From: a virus
DNA length: 64,000 nucleotides
IMG/VR virus record: IMGVR_UViG_3300045988_125846
Location: 1 to 64,000 of that record
Direction: 5' to 3' (one strand)
The notes below the pieces were generated by a model. The model ran no database searches. It was not told the DNA's origin and worked only from the letters and a program-made list of their open reading frames with translations. Positions 1 to 8,709 of this stretch are shown here, one piece after another (the first letter of the stretch is position 1; each line of letters starts with the position of its first letter). A program made the position numbers and the translations under genes.

Positions 1-135
1 AATGATTTCATCGGTATTGATAAACTCATACGGTGTCTGCTGGTAAACGTAATAAGATACTCATAAAGTCAAAAAACGAATGTTGCAAATGTTGATTTTA
101 AGCCATTTTACAAGATTTGTCTCCACAAGCACCAA

Positions 136-1449
136 TTATACCACCATTGAATCTCCACGGAAAGAAACAATTTTGTTATTTGAAGCCATATTTTCGAACT
201 GTTTTTCTGCTAATTCATCACCATGTTCTGAAATTCGATCAAGCTCATTAGACACTTTATCCATCTCTGTCTCCATCTGTTTTGGCATAACTGATGTATA
301 CAAATCCATTGTCATTTGCAGAGATGCGTGTCCTAGATATGCTTGGACTGTTTTTGGTGCAACACCAGCTTCAAAACAACGTGTCGCAAATGTGTGTCTA
401 AAACAATGTGCAGAGAATGGTTCTATTTCATCCAGATAATCTTTTGTAAGATTTACCTCTTCTATAATTTTGTTAATTGCTTGACATACAACTTGCGAAT
501 TTAATGGTGTGTTGAATTTTGATGTAAATAACAAATCAGCATATTTATCGTCAACTTTCTTTGTAATTGGTTGCTTAGTAGCAACAACAGACTTTTGAAT
601 AAATTGTTTCTTTAATGCTATTTCACACTGCCTGTTGATTGGTATATCTCTTAAGCTAGTTCTTGTCTTTGGCTTTTCAAAATGATATTCCTTTTGACTG
701 TCGCTTTCATATTTCTGATATACGAGAGTTCTAGTTACATGAATTACTCTACTATCCCAGTCAACATCTGTCCATCTTAAAGCAGCAAGTTCTCCAATCC
801 TCATTCCCGTTGATACTGCCGTAACAAACAGATTGTCATAAAATGTTCCCTTACAACAATCAAAGAATACCGTTTGTTCATCCTGCGACAAAACTCTTAC
901 GTCCCTTTCTTCGTCTCTTTTTAATGATATTCCTTTTGCTGGATTCTTTCGCACATATTCGTTAATCATAGCTTTGTTAAAAATATCAACAAGAAGAATT
1001 TTTACCTTGTTGCACGTTTCGTATTGATACCCACTACTCTTTAATTCTTTGATAAGTTGTTTGATTTGATATTGAGTAATACTTCCTAATTGAAAATTCC
1101 CAAGACTCGGAGATATATGCTTATAATATACATTATTATAATGTCTTTTTGTGTTTTCACGAATAATATCAAACTTGTAAACGTTCATCCATTTCTTATA
1201 CCATTCGTCAAGTGTTATATTGTCTTTTACGTTTATTTGCTTGTCATTTTCGTAAATCGCTTCATTATATCTCTTTTTAACATCTTTTAGATCTCTGCCT
1301 GAAATTGATACCCTTTTACCAAATCTATCTATATATCTTGCTTCATACCTCCCATTCTTTTTCTGTATTATTCCTTGTCCCAATTCTTTTCCTTTAAGAT
1401 CTTTGCCCAATCGTATTTCCTCCTTGTATATGGCAAAGAACTTTTGCAT
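136..1449 (-). CDS. int: tyrosine recombinase / phage integrase
   Basis: 437-aa ORF. Arg box GMRIGELAALRWTDVD and C-terminal catalytic region HCFRHTFATRCFEAG...LGHASLQMTMDLYTSV (H-x-x-R ... H ... Y). Confidence 0.9.
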   Translation of the reverse strand: MQKFFAIYKEEIRLGKDLKGKELGQGIIQKKNGRYEARYIDRFGKRVSISGRDLKDVKKRYNEAIYENDKQINVKDNITLDEWYKKWMNVYKFDIIRENTKRHYNNVYYKHISPSLGNFQLGSITQYQIKQLIKELKSSGYQYETCNKVKILLVDIFNKAMINEYVRKNPAKGISLKRDEERDVRVLSQDEQTVFFDCCKGTFYDNLFVTAVSTGMRIGELAALRWTDVDWDSRVIHVTRTLVYQKYESDSQKEYHFEKPKTRTSLRDIPINRQCEIALKKQFIQKSVVATKQPITKKVDDKYADLLFTSKFNTPLNSQVVCQAINKIIEEVNLTKDYLDEIEPFSAHCFRHTFATRCFEAGVAPKTVQAYLGHASLQMTMDLYTSVMPKQMETEMDKVSNELDRISEHGDELAEKQFENMASNNKIVSFRGDSMVV

Positions 1450-1486
1450 GACTGTATTATATCACACAAAAGTTCTTTTTACCAAA

Positions 1487-1693
1487 TTAAATAAAATGCT
1501 TTCCAGCTAAATATTTCTCAAATTCAACCCTTTTTACTAGATGTTTGTTTCCTACTTTTAATAGGAAGGGACATGCTTTTTCGGAAAGCAATTTTCTAAT
1601 TGTTGTTTCTCCAATATTAGAGTATGTAGATGCTTCTGGAATCGTAAGATTTATTTTATCTTTAATTTCAACCGCCTGTTTTATGTATATCAC
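1487..1693 (-). CDS. excisionase-like HTH DNA-binding protein
   Basis: LTIPEASTYSNIGETTIRKLL...KVGNKHLVKRVEFEKYL resembles excisionase/MerR-type HTH. The track ORF (1487-1813) overlaps the dut 3' end. GTG at 1693, just after the dut stop, gives 68 aa. Adjacent to int. Confidence 0.55.
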   Translation of the reverse strand: MIYIKQAVEIKDKINLTIPEASTYSNIGETTIRKLLSEKACPFLLKVGNKHLVKRVEFEKYLAGKHFI

Positions 1694-1697
1694 CTCT

Positions 1698-2135
1698 TTA
1701 CTTTCGTCCTGTAGAACCAAAACCACCTCTGTTTGTTTCGTCCAAGTGTTCCACTTCCTCAAACTCAATCTCTGGCTGAATTTTATTGATACGGAATTGG
1801 CAGATTCTATCATTCTTATTAATTACTGTGTCTTCTATAGCAATTACAGGAAGTTTCCATTCATCTGCATCTCCCGAATATGAATTATCAATGACAGCGA
1901 AACAATTCGTCTGTAAGATCTTGAAATTCTTATATGTACTGCTACGAGGCACAATATTGGCTTCATATCCGTCTGGTAGTTTCATTCCAACTCCTAATGG
2001 GATCAGACGAAATTCACCTTTCTTCAGGTGGACAGTTTCGGCTGAACGAAGGTCAATCCAGTTAGATTTACCACCACCAATGTATGTAAGTTTCTCAATA
2101 TCCTTGTCAAAATATTTAATCTTAATTTTCTCCAT
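1698..2135 (-). CDS. dut: dUTP pyrophosphatase (trimeric dUTPase)
   Basis: 145 aa. Motifs [25 protein letters not shown] and C-terminal NRGGFGSTG. Confidence 0.9.
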   Translation of the reverse strand: MEKIKIKYFDKDIEKLTYIGGGKSNWIDLRSAETVHLKKGEFRLIPLGVGMKLPDGYEANIVPRSSTYKNFKILQTNCFAVIDNSYSGDADEWKLPVIAIEDTVINKNDRICQFRINKIQPEIEFEEVEHLDETNRGGFGSTGRK

Positions 2136-2150
2136 TTATTTTGTTCTCCT

Positions 2151-2570
2151 TTATATATCTTTTGAATCTCTGTTGTTTGCTCTTTTAATATCAAATCCTT
2201 CTGGATAACGTGCCTTTAATTTGTCAATGTTCATTTCTGCAATTTCATTCATATCCCATCCAAAAGATTCACACATCATAGCAATATACCACATAATATC
2301 GCCTAACTCTTTCTTTGCATGGGTTTCATCAAGTGTTTTCTCGTGAAATATATGCTTTTTAATCATATCGTTAAACTCGCCAACTTCGCCAGACAATCCA
2401 AGACAAGAATTGAATACGCCGCCAAAATCAATATGACGTTCATCTTCTGCGATTAAATTTTGCTGTAGTAGATATTTCATATCACATGTTAGCATATTCC
2501 CAAGTAATCTTTCTGTTGCCTTGTGTGGATTTGTTCGCATTGCTAATTCTTGATATTCGTTTATTTCCAT
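2151..2570 (-). CDS. mazG: MazG-like nucleoside triphosphate pyrophosphohydrolase
   Basis: 139 aa all-alpha NTP-PPase pattern LGLSGEVGEFNDMIKKH ... ELGDIMWYIAMMCE. Confidence 0.8.
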   Translation of the reverse strand: MEINEYQELAMRTNPHKATERLLGNMLTCDMKYLLQQNLIAEDERHIDFGGVFNSCLGLSGEVGEFNDMIKKHIFHEKTLDETHAKKELGDIMWYIAMMCESFGWDMNEIAEMNIDKLKARYPEGFDIKRANNRDSKDI

Positions 2571-2720
2571 TTATTTATTCTCCTTGTCTTTGAAAATTTT
2601 GTTCATATCTTGAATATAGTTAAACATATCTTTTATTATTGGATATATAGCTATAAATACAATAATTGCGCCAAATATGATTCCAAGAAGAAATAACAGA
2701 AATCCAATAATGCTATTCAT
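2571..2720 (-). CDS. small membrane protein (49 aa)
   Basis: Hand-found ORF MNSIIGFLLFLLGIIFGAIIVFIAIYPIIKDM... Its ATG overlaps the stop of the upstream gene (AAATGAATAG) and it ends at the mazG start. One hydrophobic helix. Confidence 0.4.
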   Translation of the reverse strand: MNSIIGFLLFLLGIIFGAIIVFIAIYPIIKDMFNYIQDMNKIFKDKENK

Positions 2721-2904
2721 TTACAACACCTTTAATCTCATCAACATAAGCATCGAACCCATTGTCGCAATCTCTTGTTGTAACCATTACCATTCCGCTT
2801 TGAACAAATACTGCTTCTACAGTACATTTAACAAGAATTTTATCGCCTTTCTTTAATTTGTATAAATCTTCCATTTCCATATTTGTATTATCTCCTTTAA
2901 TCAC
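2713..2904 (-). CDS. hypothetical protein
   Basis: Track ORF, 63 aa. Co-directional and overlaps the nrdG end. No motif recognised. Confidence 0.45.
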   Translation of the reverse strand: MIKGDNTNMEMEDLYKLKKGDKILVKCTVEAVFVQSGMVMVTTRDCDNGFDAYVDEIKGVVNE

Positions 2905-3553
2905 AATATAAAACTACTTTGTTCTGAGCAAGAGATTGCTTTACATCAATAACGTGCTGATTCTTACTGCCACGATAAGCAAGTGTGAGATCTTTCTGCT
3001 CATCTATATATTCTCCGTCAACCACGATATTACATAGTGAAATTATCTGCTTGCGTTTTTCCATCAATCCATCATTATAAGATTCTTCAATATAATCAAA
3101 ATCATCTGTTTCTACAGGTTGATAATTCATTATGTAATTCCATCGAAAACCTGTATATAACCAGATAGTTTTCTCAGGAAAAGAAATACGGATTTCCTTG
3201 GAATTCTTATCTTCTAAAACCCTTGATTTTCCTATGTTTTCTGAATTGTGATTTTGAGAAATTGGATATTTTTCTCGAATTTTCTTGATTAAAGACAAAA
3301 CATCATCTAAATTTTGTTCTGCAAGTGGTTCACCACCTAATATGGAAATTCGCTTAATATACGGTCTATCAATGAGTTCCATAAATTTATTTTTTATTTT
3401 TTCTGTCCACTCTTTCCCACCATTAAAATCCCATGTTTCAGAATTGAAGCAGTTTTTACAGTGTGGATTTCTGTCACATCCTTGAACAAACAGGGCGACT
3501 CCAATATTCGCCCCGTTGCTAATATCAAGGTTACGTATACTCGCATACCTCAT
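2897..3553 (-). CDS. nrdG: anaerobic ribonucleotide reductase activating protein (radical SAM)
   Basis: GVALFVQGCDRNPHCKNCFNSETW Cys cluster, GGEPL motif, located immediately downstream of nrdD. Confidence 0.85.
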   Translation of the reverse strand: MRYASIRNLDISNGANIGVALFVQGCDRNPHCKNCFNSETWDFNGGKEWTEKIKNKFMELIDRPYIKRISILGGEPLAEQNLDDVLSLIKKIREKYPISQNHNSENIGKSRVLEDKNSKEIRISFPEKTIWLYTGFRWNYIMNYQPVETDDFDYIEESYNDGLMEKRKQIISLCNIVVDGEYIDEQKDLTLAYRGSKNQHVIDVKQSLAQNKVVLYCD

Positions 3554-3555
3554 AT

Positions 3556-5808
3556 TTAATCCTCCGTATATTCCATGTCGTCCAAATGATAAACACGATC
3601 ATGGATATCACCATATCTACCCTGATTACCACCATTTTTTGCAGTGCCAATATAACCACAAACTCTAAATGCAATATCCATTGTTGTATTGTCAGTATTC
3701 CCACAGTTAGGACATTCCCATTTAAGTCTATTGTTTTCATCTGATACAAGAGGAATATCACCATCAAAGCCACATTTTTCACAATAACAACTCTTTGTGT
3801 TAATCTCTGCATACATGATGTTGTTGTAAATAAACTTAATAACTTCTAATATAGCAGGAATATTATGGCTCATACTTGGCACTTCGATATATGAAATTGC
3901 TCCTCCTGGACTTAATTTCTGGAATTTTGATTCGATTCTTAATTTTTCAAATGCCGTGATATGTTCAAAGACAGGAATGTGATATGAATTAGTAATATAA
4001 TTTCTATCGAAACCATCTAATTTTTCAAAAATATCGTTACCGAAACGAGATTTTAGGCACTTTGCAAATTTGTAAGTTGTGGACTCTAATGGTGTTCCGT
4101 ACAAACTATAGTCAATGTTTTCAGCTTTTTTCCACTGATTACATTTATCATTTAACGCCTGCATAACCTTTAATCCAAATTCTTCGCCAATTCCTTCATC
4201 AGAATGAGAATGACCAGTCATAAATTTTACACATTCATAAAGACCAGCATAACCAAGTGATATTGTAGAATAACCATCATAAAGAAGTCTGTCAATTTTT
4301 TCATGTTTCTTTAATCTAGCATATGCTCCATGTTGCCATAAAATAGGTGCTACATCAGAAGATGTGCCAAGTAATCTTTCGTGTCTTGCCCTAAGTGCTT
4401 TATGACATAACTCAGTTCTTTCTTCAAAGATTTCCCAAAACTTATCAAAATCTCCGTCAGATGAGAAGGCAATATCTGGAAGAGAAATTGTTACAACACC
4501 CTGATTGAATCGTCCATAATATTTATGTTTATTCGGATCAAAGTTCTTTGCATTTGCAATATTTCCTACCTTATCTGAGAATCTGTCAACAGTGAGAAAA
4601 CTTCGGCAGCCCATACAAGTATAAACATCACCCTTTAATTCGAGCATCATTTTTTCGGATATATAATCAGGGACAAGTCTCTTAGATGTACATTCAGCAG
4701 CTAATTCTGTGAGATACCAATATTTAGAATCTTCTGTAATATTATCTTCTTCTAATACATAAATAAGCTTTGGAAATGCAGGAGCAATGTAAACACCATC
4801 TTCATTTTTTACACCCTGAATTCTCTGATGAAGCATTTCTTCAATCAACATTGCTAGGTCAGCTTTCTCCTGTTCGTTCTTTGCTTCGTTGAGATACATA
4901 AAAATCGTGATGAAAGGTGCTTGCCCATTTGTTGTCATAAGTGTGACCAACTGATACTGAATTGTTTGAACGCCATTTTCAATTTCTTCTTTTAATCGTT
5001 TATCCGTAATGTGAGTAACTTCTGCATAATGTTCATTATATTCGCTAATTAATCCGTTATCATATAATTCTTCTGTCACTTTTTTTCTAATTGATTTTCT
5101 ACTCACATCAACAAATGGAGCAAGATGTGCTAGGGAAATACTCTGCCCTCCATATTGGTTACTAGCAATCTGTGCAATTGCTTGTGTTTCAATATTACAA
5201 GCAGTTGAAAAGCTATGCGGTGTTTCAATAAGAGTTTCACTAATAACTGTATTGTTTTGAAGCATATCTTCTGAATTGACCAACCCACAGTTGTGCATAT
5301 GCTGCAAGAAATAATCAGCATCATGAAAATGAATTACTCCTTCAGTATTAGCTTGAATTATTTCAGGAGATAATAAATATCTTTTTGTCATATCTGTGCT
5401 AACAGATCCAGCAATATAATCTCTTTTGGTAGGATTTAACACTGGATTTTTGTTTGCATTTTCATCCTTCCAATATTCGTCTTTATCTTCTACAAGGTCA
5501 TGAATTTCTATGTCTGTTGTATTTTCATTTTCTCTTTGAAACTCACGAATACTTCTATATCCTTCATAAGCTTTTGCAGTAAGTCTCTGCTTCTTAGTAA
5601 TCAATTTATCATAAACCATTGATTCAATATCAGAGATGCTTACTTCGTCTTTATCCTTGCATTCATTTTCAATCTCGTCTGCAATATCTTCTGCAATCTT
5701 TGGCTTTACAATACCTGAACCATTTTTCATTGCTTTAAGAATTGCCGTTGAGATTTTTGATTTGTCAAAATTAACTTCGGAACAGTCTCTTTTAATTACT
5801 TTTGTCAA
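3556..5808 (-). CDS. nrdD: anaerobic (class III) ribonucleoside-triphosphate reductase
   Basis: 750 aa. N-terminal ATP-cone (VIKRDCSEVNFDKSKI), C-terminal Zn ribbon CEKCG...CPNCG and glycyl-radical motif FRVCGYIG. TTG start with SD AAAGGAGA. Confidence 0.95.
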   Translation of the reverse strand: MTKVIKRDCSEVNFDKSKISTAILKAMKNGSGIVKPKIAEDIADEIENECKDKDEVSISDIESMVYDKLITKKQRLTAKAYEGYRSIREFQRENENTTDIEIHDLVEDKDEYWKDENANKNPVLNPTKRDYIAGSVSTDMTKRYLLSPEIIQANTEGVIHFHDADYFLQHMHNCGLVNSEDMLQNNTVISETLIETPHSFSTACNIETQAIAQIASNQYGGQSISLAHLAPFVDVSRKSIRKKVTEELYDNGLISEYNEHYAEVTHITDKRLKEEIENGVQTIQYQLVTLMTTNGQAPFITIFMYLNEAKNEQEKADLAMLIEEMLHQRIQGVKNEDGVYIAPAFPKLIYVLEEDNITEDSKYWYLTELAAECTSKRLVPDYISEKMMLELKGDVYTCMGCRSFLTVDRFSDKVGNIANAKNFDPNKHKYYGRFNQGVVTISLPDIAFSSDGDFDKFWEIFEERTELCHKALRARHERLLGTSSDVAPILWQHGAYARLKKHEKIDRLLYDGYSTISLGYAGLYECVKFMTGHSHSDEGIGEEFGLKVMQALNDKCNQWKKAENIDYSLYGTPLESTTYKFAKCLKSRFGNDIFEKLDGFDRNYITNSYHIPVFEHITAFEKLRIESKFQKLSPGGAISYIEVPSMSHNIPAILEVIKFIYNNIMYAEINTKSCYCEKCGFDGDIPLVSDENNRLKWECPNCGNTDNTTMDIAFRVCGYIGTAKNGGNQGRYGDIHDRVYHLDDMEYTED

Positions 5809-5823
5809 TACTTTGTCTCCTTT

Positions 5824-5928
5824 CTAAATTGCTGTTATGATTGCATAACCAAGTACACATACTGCAATCGCTGCTACAGCTTTCCAATCAATTTCAAATT
5901 CTATACAATCTATAAAATTGAATTTCAT
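5824..5928 (-). CDS. small membrane protein (34 aa)
   Basis: Hand-found ORF MKFNFIDCIEFEIDWKAVAAIAVCVLGYAIITAI with SD AAAGGAGA upstream. Confidence 0.35.
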   Translation of the reverse strand: MKFNFIDCIEFEIDWKAVAAIAVCVLGYAIITAI

Positions 5929-5947
5929 TTTATCTCCTTTCTCGATT

Positions 5948-5971
5948 CCATAAGAAATCAACCTTTCTTTG
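5948..5971 (-). repeat. intergenic IR element (AAGAAAC-N-GTTTCTT family)
   Basis: Plus strand: ccataagaaatcaacctttctttg. Confidence 0.5.
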
Positions 5972-6027
5972 CAATTCTGTATTAAATAACATCAAGTTAT
6001 TGGTTAACTTTTTGATTTATTTTATTT

Positions 6028-6192
6028 TTACATATCCTTAATTCTAACCTTTAATTCTTCAAGTTTCTTATATTTATCAGAATCATATTTAGTATGATCT
6101 TTGATAATCATATGTGTCTGTTCATTACAAATTAATTCGATAATTATTTTCTTTTCGTCTTTTGTTAAACCACATTCATATTCAAATGCCAT
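6028..6192 (-). CDS. hypothetical protein (54 aa)
   Basis: Hand-found ORF MAFEYECGLTKDEKKIIIELICNEQTHMIIKDH... with SD GAGGAGGAA upstream. Fills the gap between neighbours. Confidence 0.4.
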   Translation of the reverse strand: MAFEYECGLTKDEKKIIIELICNEQTHMIIKDHTKYDSDKYKKLEELKVRIKDM

Positions 6193-6194
6193 AT

Positions 6195-6383
6195 TTATTC
6201 CTCCTCACAAACTAGAACAGTATGCATCACAGAATCATCTAAATTAGCATGGGTTCTTTTCTGTTTAACCTTCTTAACATAATATTCTCTGTCGCCAACC
6301 TGTACTGTTACGAAGTTGTCTTTGTTGTATAGCTCGTTTGCAAGTGCTCTACAAGTAACATATCCACTATATATTTGAATCAC
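6195..6383 (-). CDS. hypothetical protein
   Basis: Track ORF, 62 aa, co-directional. No motif recognised. Confidence 0.45.
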   Translation of the reverse strand: MIQIYSGYVTCRALANELYNKDNFVTVQVGDREYYVKKVKQKRTHANLDDSVMHTVLVCEEE

Positions 6384-6394
6384 TTCCTTCCTAT

Positions 6395-6849
6395 TTAAAT
6401 ATAACGTTCCATATAAAAGTCTCTAATATATGTAATCAGTTCATTTCGATTCATCTGCACTGTAGACAAACAGTTCTCGATCCAAGGATGAATGTCATCG
6501 TTTACAATTCCACATTCGGTATATGCGATTACTGGAATGTTCAATCTATTAGCCTCATATACTTCGATTGCCGTACCGATGCTATCAGATGCATCATCAA
6601 TATTTACAATCAAAACATCACTCTGTCTTACCATGTTAAGATCAAACTGCATTACTTCTTTTTCAAGATGTCTCTCCATGTCGTCAAAATCAAAGTATCG
6701 GCAGGATTGATAACTTGTACGTTCGAACCACAAGAACGTGCGTATGCAATCAAATCTTCTGTAATAGATTTTCGCCAACCATTGTATTCTTCTTTGTCTA
6801 ACCCGCTCATTTTACCAGCTAAATAAATAGTAAGTTTATCATTTCCCAT
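6395..6849 (-). pseudogene. nucleoside 2-deoxyribosyltransferase-like protein, interrupted by a -1 frameshift
   Basis: Track ORFs 6652-6849 (MGNDKLTIYLAGKMSG...) and 6395-6778 (...SDVLIVNIDDASDSIGTAIEVYEANRLNIPVIAY) are the two halves of one domain. They join by a -1 shift near 6695-6700 (..VINPAD|YFDFDD..). Confidence 0.6.
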
Positions 6850-7414
6850 TTGATTTCTCCTTTAAGATTTTCTTATACCAATAATCAACATTCTCAACTA
6901 CACTTTCTATATCATCAGATAAGTTGTTATATACAATTCTATCAGCCAACATTTCAGCACCATTAAAATCTTTAATATCAGCTTTCATACGTCTTTCAAC
7001 TTCTTTTTGGTTATCGCCACGAATAGACAATCTCTGTTTAATCGTGTTTAAATTACTATATAAGTAGATGACAACCATAGGGATCTCTATTGCTTGCAAA
7101 TCTCTCACACCGTCAGGCGTAAGAATCATTACGGTATCATCGTCTGCGTCATAACAATCCGTTAATGCAGTGCCATAATACCAAACACCTTGCTCAGTAT
7201 CATATTTCTTCCACTCTGCAAAAAATCCTTCTTCAATTTTCTGTTCGAAATCTTCTTTGGAAATAAAACGATATGTAATGTCCTGTTTTTCGTTTTTTCG
7301 TGGTGGTCGAGATGTAAATGTTACCAGACTTTTATAACCACATTCTTTTACTAATTTATCTCGCACAAATGTTTTACCACTTGCGCTTTTACCAATTAAA
7401 CAGAGTATAATCAA
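6839..7414 (-). CDS. gmk: guanylate kinase-like nucleoside monophosphate kinase
   Basis: P-loop GKSASGKT plus guanylate-kinase-type signature TSRPPRKNEKQDITYRFISKEDFEQKIEEGFFAEW. TTG start. Confidence 0.7.
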   Translation of the reverse strand: MIILCLIGKSASGKTFVRDKLVKECGYKSLVTFTSRPPRKNEKQDITYRFISKEDFEQKIEEGFFAEWKKYDTEQGVWYYGTALTDCYDADDDTVMILTPDGVRDLQAIEIPMVVIYLYSNLNTIKQRLSIRGDNQKEVERRMKADIKDFNGAEMLADRIVYNNLSDDIESVVENVDYWYKKILKEKSNGK

Positions 7415-7542
7415 TCACCTTCTTCCAAGATATTTGTAATTCTACCATCTTCAATTAGCGTTGTTTTGCCATATTTGAATAAATTCATGCAATCTTCTAA
7501 TGTAATTTCATCTAATTCTAATACCTGTGAATAATTAGTCAT
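7411..7542 (-). CDS. hypothetical protein (43 aa)
   Basis: Hand-found ORF MTNYSQVLELDEITLEDCMNLFKYGKTTLIEDGRITNILEEGD. Overlaps both neighbours by a few nt. Confidence 0.35.
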   Translation of the reverse strand: MTNYSQVLELDEITLEDCMNLFKYGKTTLIEDGRITNILEEGD

Positions 7543-7786
7543 TCTTTTTTACCTCGTATTTCTTACAAATTTCAGCAAATTCACTTATCTCATTTTCATC
7601 ATCAGAGTAAATGGTCATCTCTAATGGCTTACAATGAGATATATTTAGTAATCCTAACATAGATTTTGCGTCAACGACATGTACTCCATATCTTGCGTCA
7701 ACTTCACTATTCATCCTGTTAATTGCAACCACAAAGTCTTTTGCATCGTTAATACTTTCCAAATCCAATTTATACGTTCTTTCCAT
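7535..7786 (-). CDS. HPr/Crh-like domain protein (His15 position not His, Ser46-like region kept)
   Basis: ATG at 7786 has SD GAGAGGTGA about 8 nt upstream (track start 7828). ...VDAKSMLGLLNIS...EMTIYSDDENEISEFAEI aligns by eye with the HPr/Crh region VN(L/A)KSIMG(V/L)MSL...ADE. ESINDAKD occupies the place of GIHARPA. Confidence 0.5.
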   Translation of the reverse strand: MERTYKLDLESINDAKDFVVAINRMNSEVDARYGVHVVDAKSMLGLLNISHCKPLEMTIYSDDENEISEFAEICKKYEVKKND

Positions 7787-7827
7787 TTTCTTTTTCACCT
7801 CTCTAAAACAAACCCCACTAATAAACA

Positions 7828-8619
7828 TTAGATCACCTTTTCATATACTTTAATTTGCCTTACAGTGGATTCCCATTCTGGACAGCAACTAGATATATCG
7901 CCATCTCGTTTAGCATTTCTGTTCAATGCTTGTCTGTCTACAATAAATTCACTTAAACAATTTGTAGATATTGTAACGATATTCGCAGAATCGGTGTGTT
8001 TATTTGCCTTCTGATCTGACATAATACAAGGAATCACTTCATCATTTGCCAATATCAAATCAAAATACTGTCCAATTTCACATCCAAAATGTGAACCAAG
8101 AGCTACACAATATCTCCCATTTACCATGCGAATACCATAATCACCTGTATAAGCAATTTGTTGAAGTTTGTACTGCTTACTCCCTCTACTGGTAATTGCT
8201 GTGTATGGCATCCAAGTTTTATTTTTAACACATGGAACATTGTAAATCATGTAATTGATTGGTTTATCAGATACATAGTCTTTATGGATATAACCAATTT
8301 TGTTATCAAGATCGACAGTATACCAAACATCATTCGCAAGTTTATTTTCAATGATAATAACTTTTTCATTAAACGAAACTTGTTTAATAACTTCTGAGTT
8401 CTTACTTGGCTGCTCTCGGATGTTTACATATGTGCTAGTTACATATTTTTCCTTGTACTTAATTTTCTCTTTTGATTGAGATAACAAGTTTAATTGATTG
8501 CTGAACCCTGCCGTAAGACAGGGTGCAACCGTTATGCAAGGTTTTTCATTACAAACCTCTGCTTGTGCTGTTGGAACAGAAGTTGTAAGAACTACAAGAA
8601 CAACCATTCCAAATGTCAT
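7828..8619 (-). CDS. secreted SH3b-domain protein
   Basis: Signal-like N-terminus MTFGMVVLVVLTTSVPTAQA. SH3b-like YVNIREQPSKNSEVIKQVSFNEKVIIIE...WYTVDLDNKIGYIHKDYV. C-terminal Cys-containing domain is unassigned. A strong SD is spaced for an in-frame ATT at about 8634. Confidence 0.6.
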   Translation of the reverse strand: MTFGMVVLVVLTTSVPTAQAEVCNEKPCITVAPCLTAGFSNQLNLLSQSKEKIKYKEKYVTSTYVNIREQPSKNSEVIKQVSFNEKVIIIENKLANDVWYTVDLDNKIGYIHKDYVSDKPINYMIYNVPCVKNKTWMPYTAITSRGSKQYKLQQIAYTGDYGIRMVNGRYCVALGSHFGCEIGQYFDLILANDEVIPCIMSDQKANKHTDSANIVTISTNCLSEFIVDRQALNRNAKRDGDISSCCPEWESTVRQIKVYEKVI

Positions 8620-8673
8620 TTTTCGTAATAAAATACATTTCCTCCTTTGTGCTATTAATATGTTACATTTGTA

Positions 8674-8683
8674 TATTCTCTGT
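8674..8683 (-). promoter_or_regulatory. gene-boundary motif ACAGAGAATA (minus strand)
   Basis: Plus strand tattctctgt, between the ligase stop and the SH3 gene. Confidence 0.4.
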
Positions 8684-8709
8684 TTGAATTGGGAATATTT
8701 AGCGAATTG

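Noticed and set aside
1-135. An attP/attachment core or a flanking host gene downstream of the integrase.
   Set aside because: No repeat partner, tRNA fragment or recognisable ORF is available within the window, so it cannot be supported.
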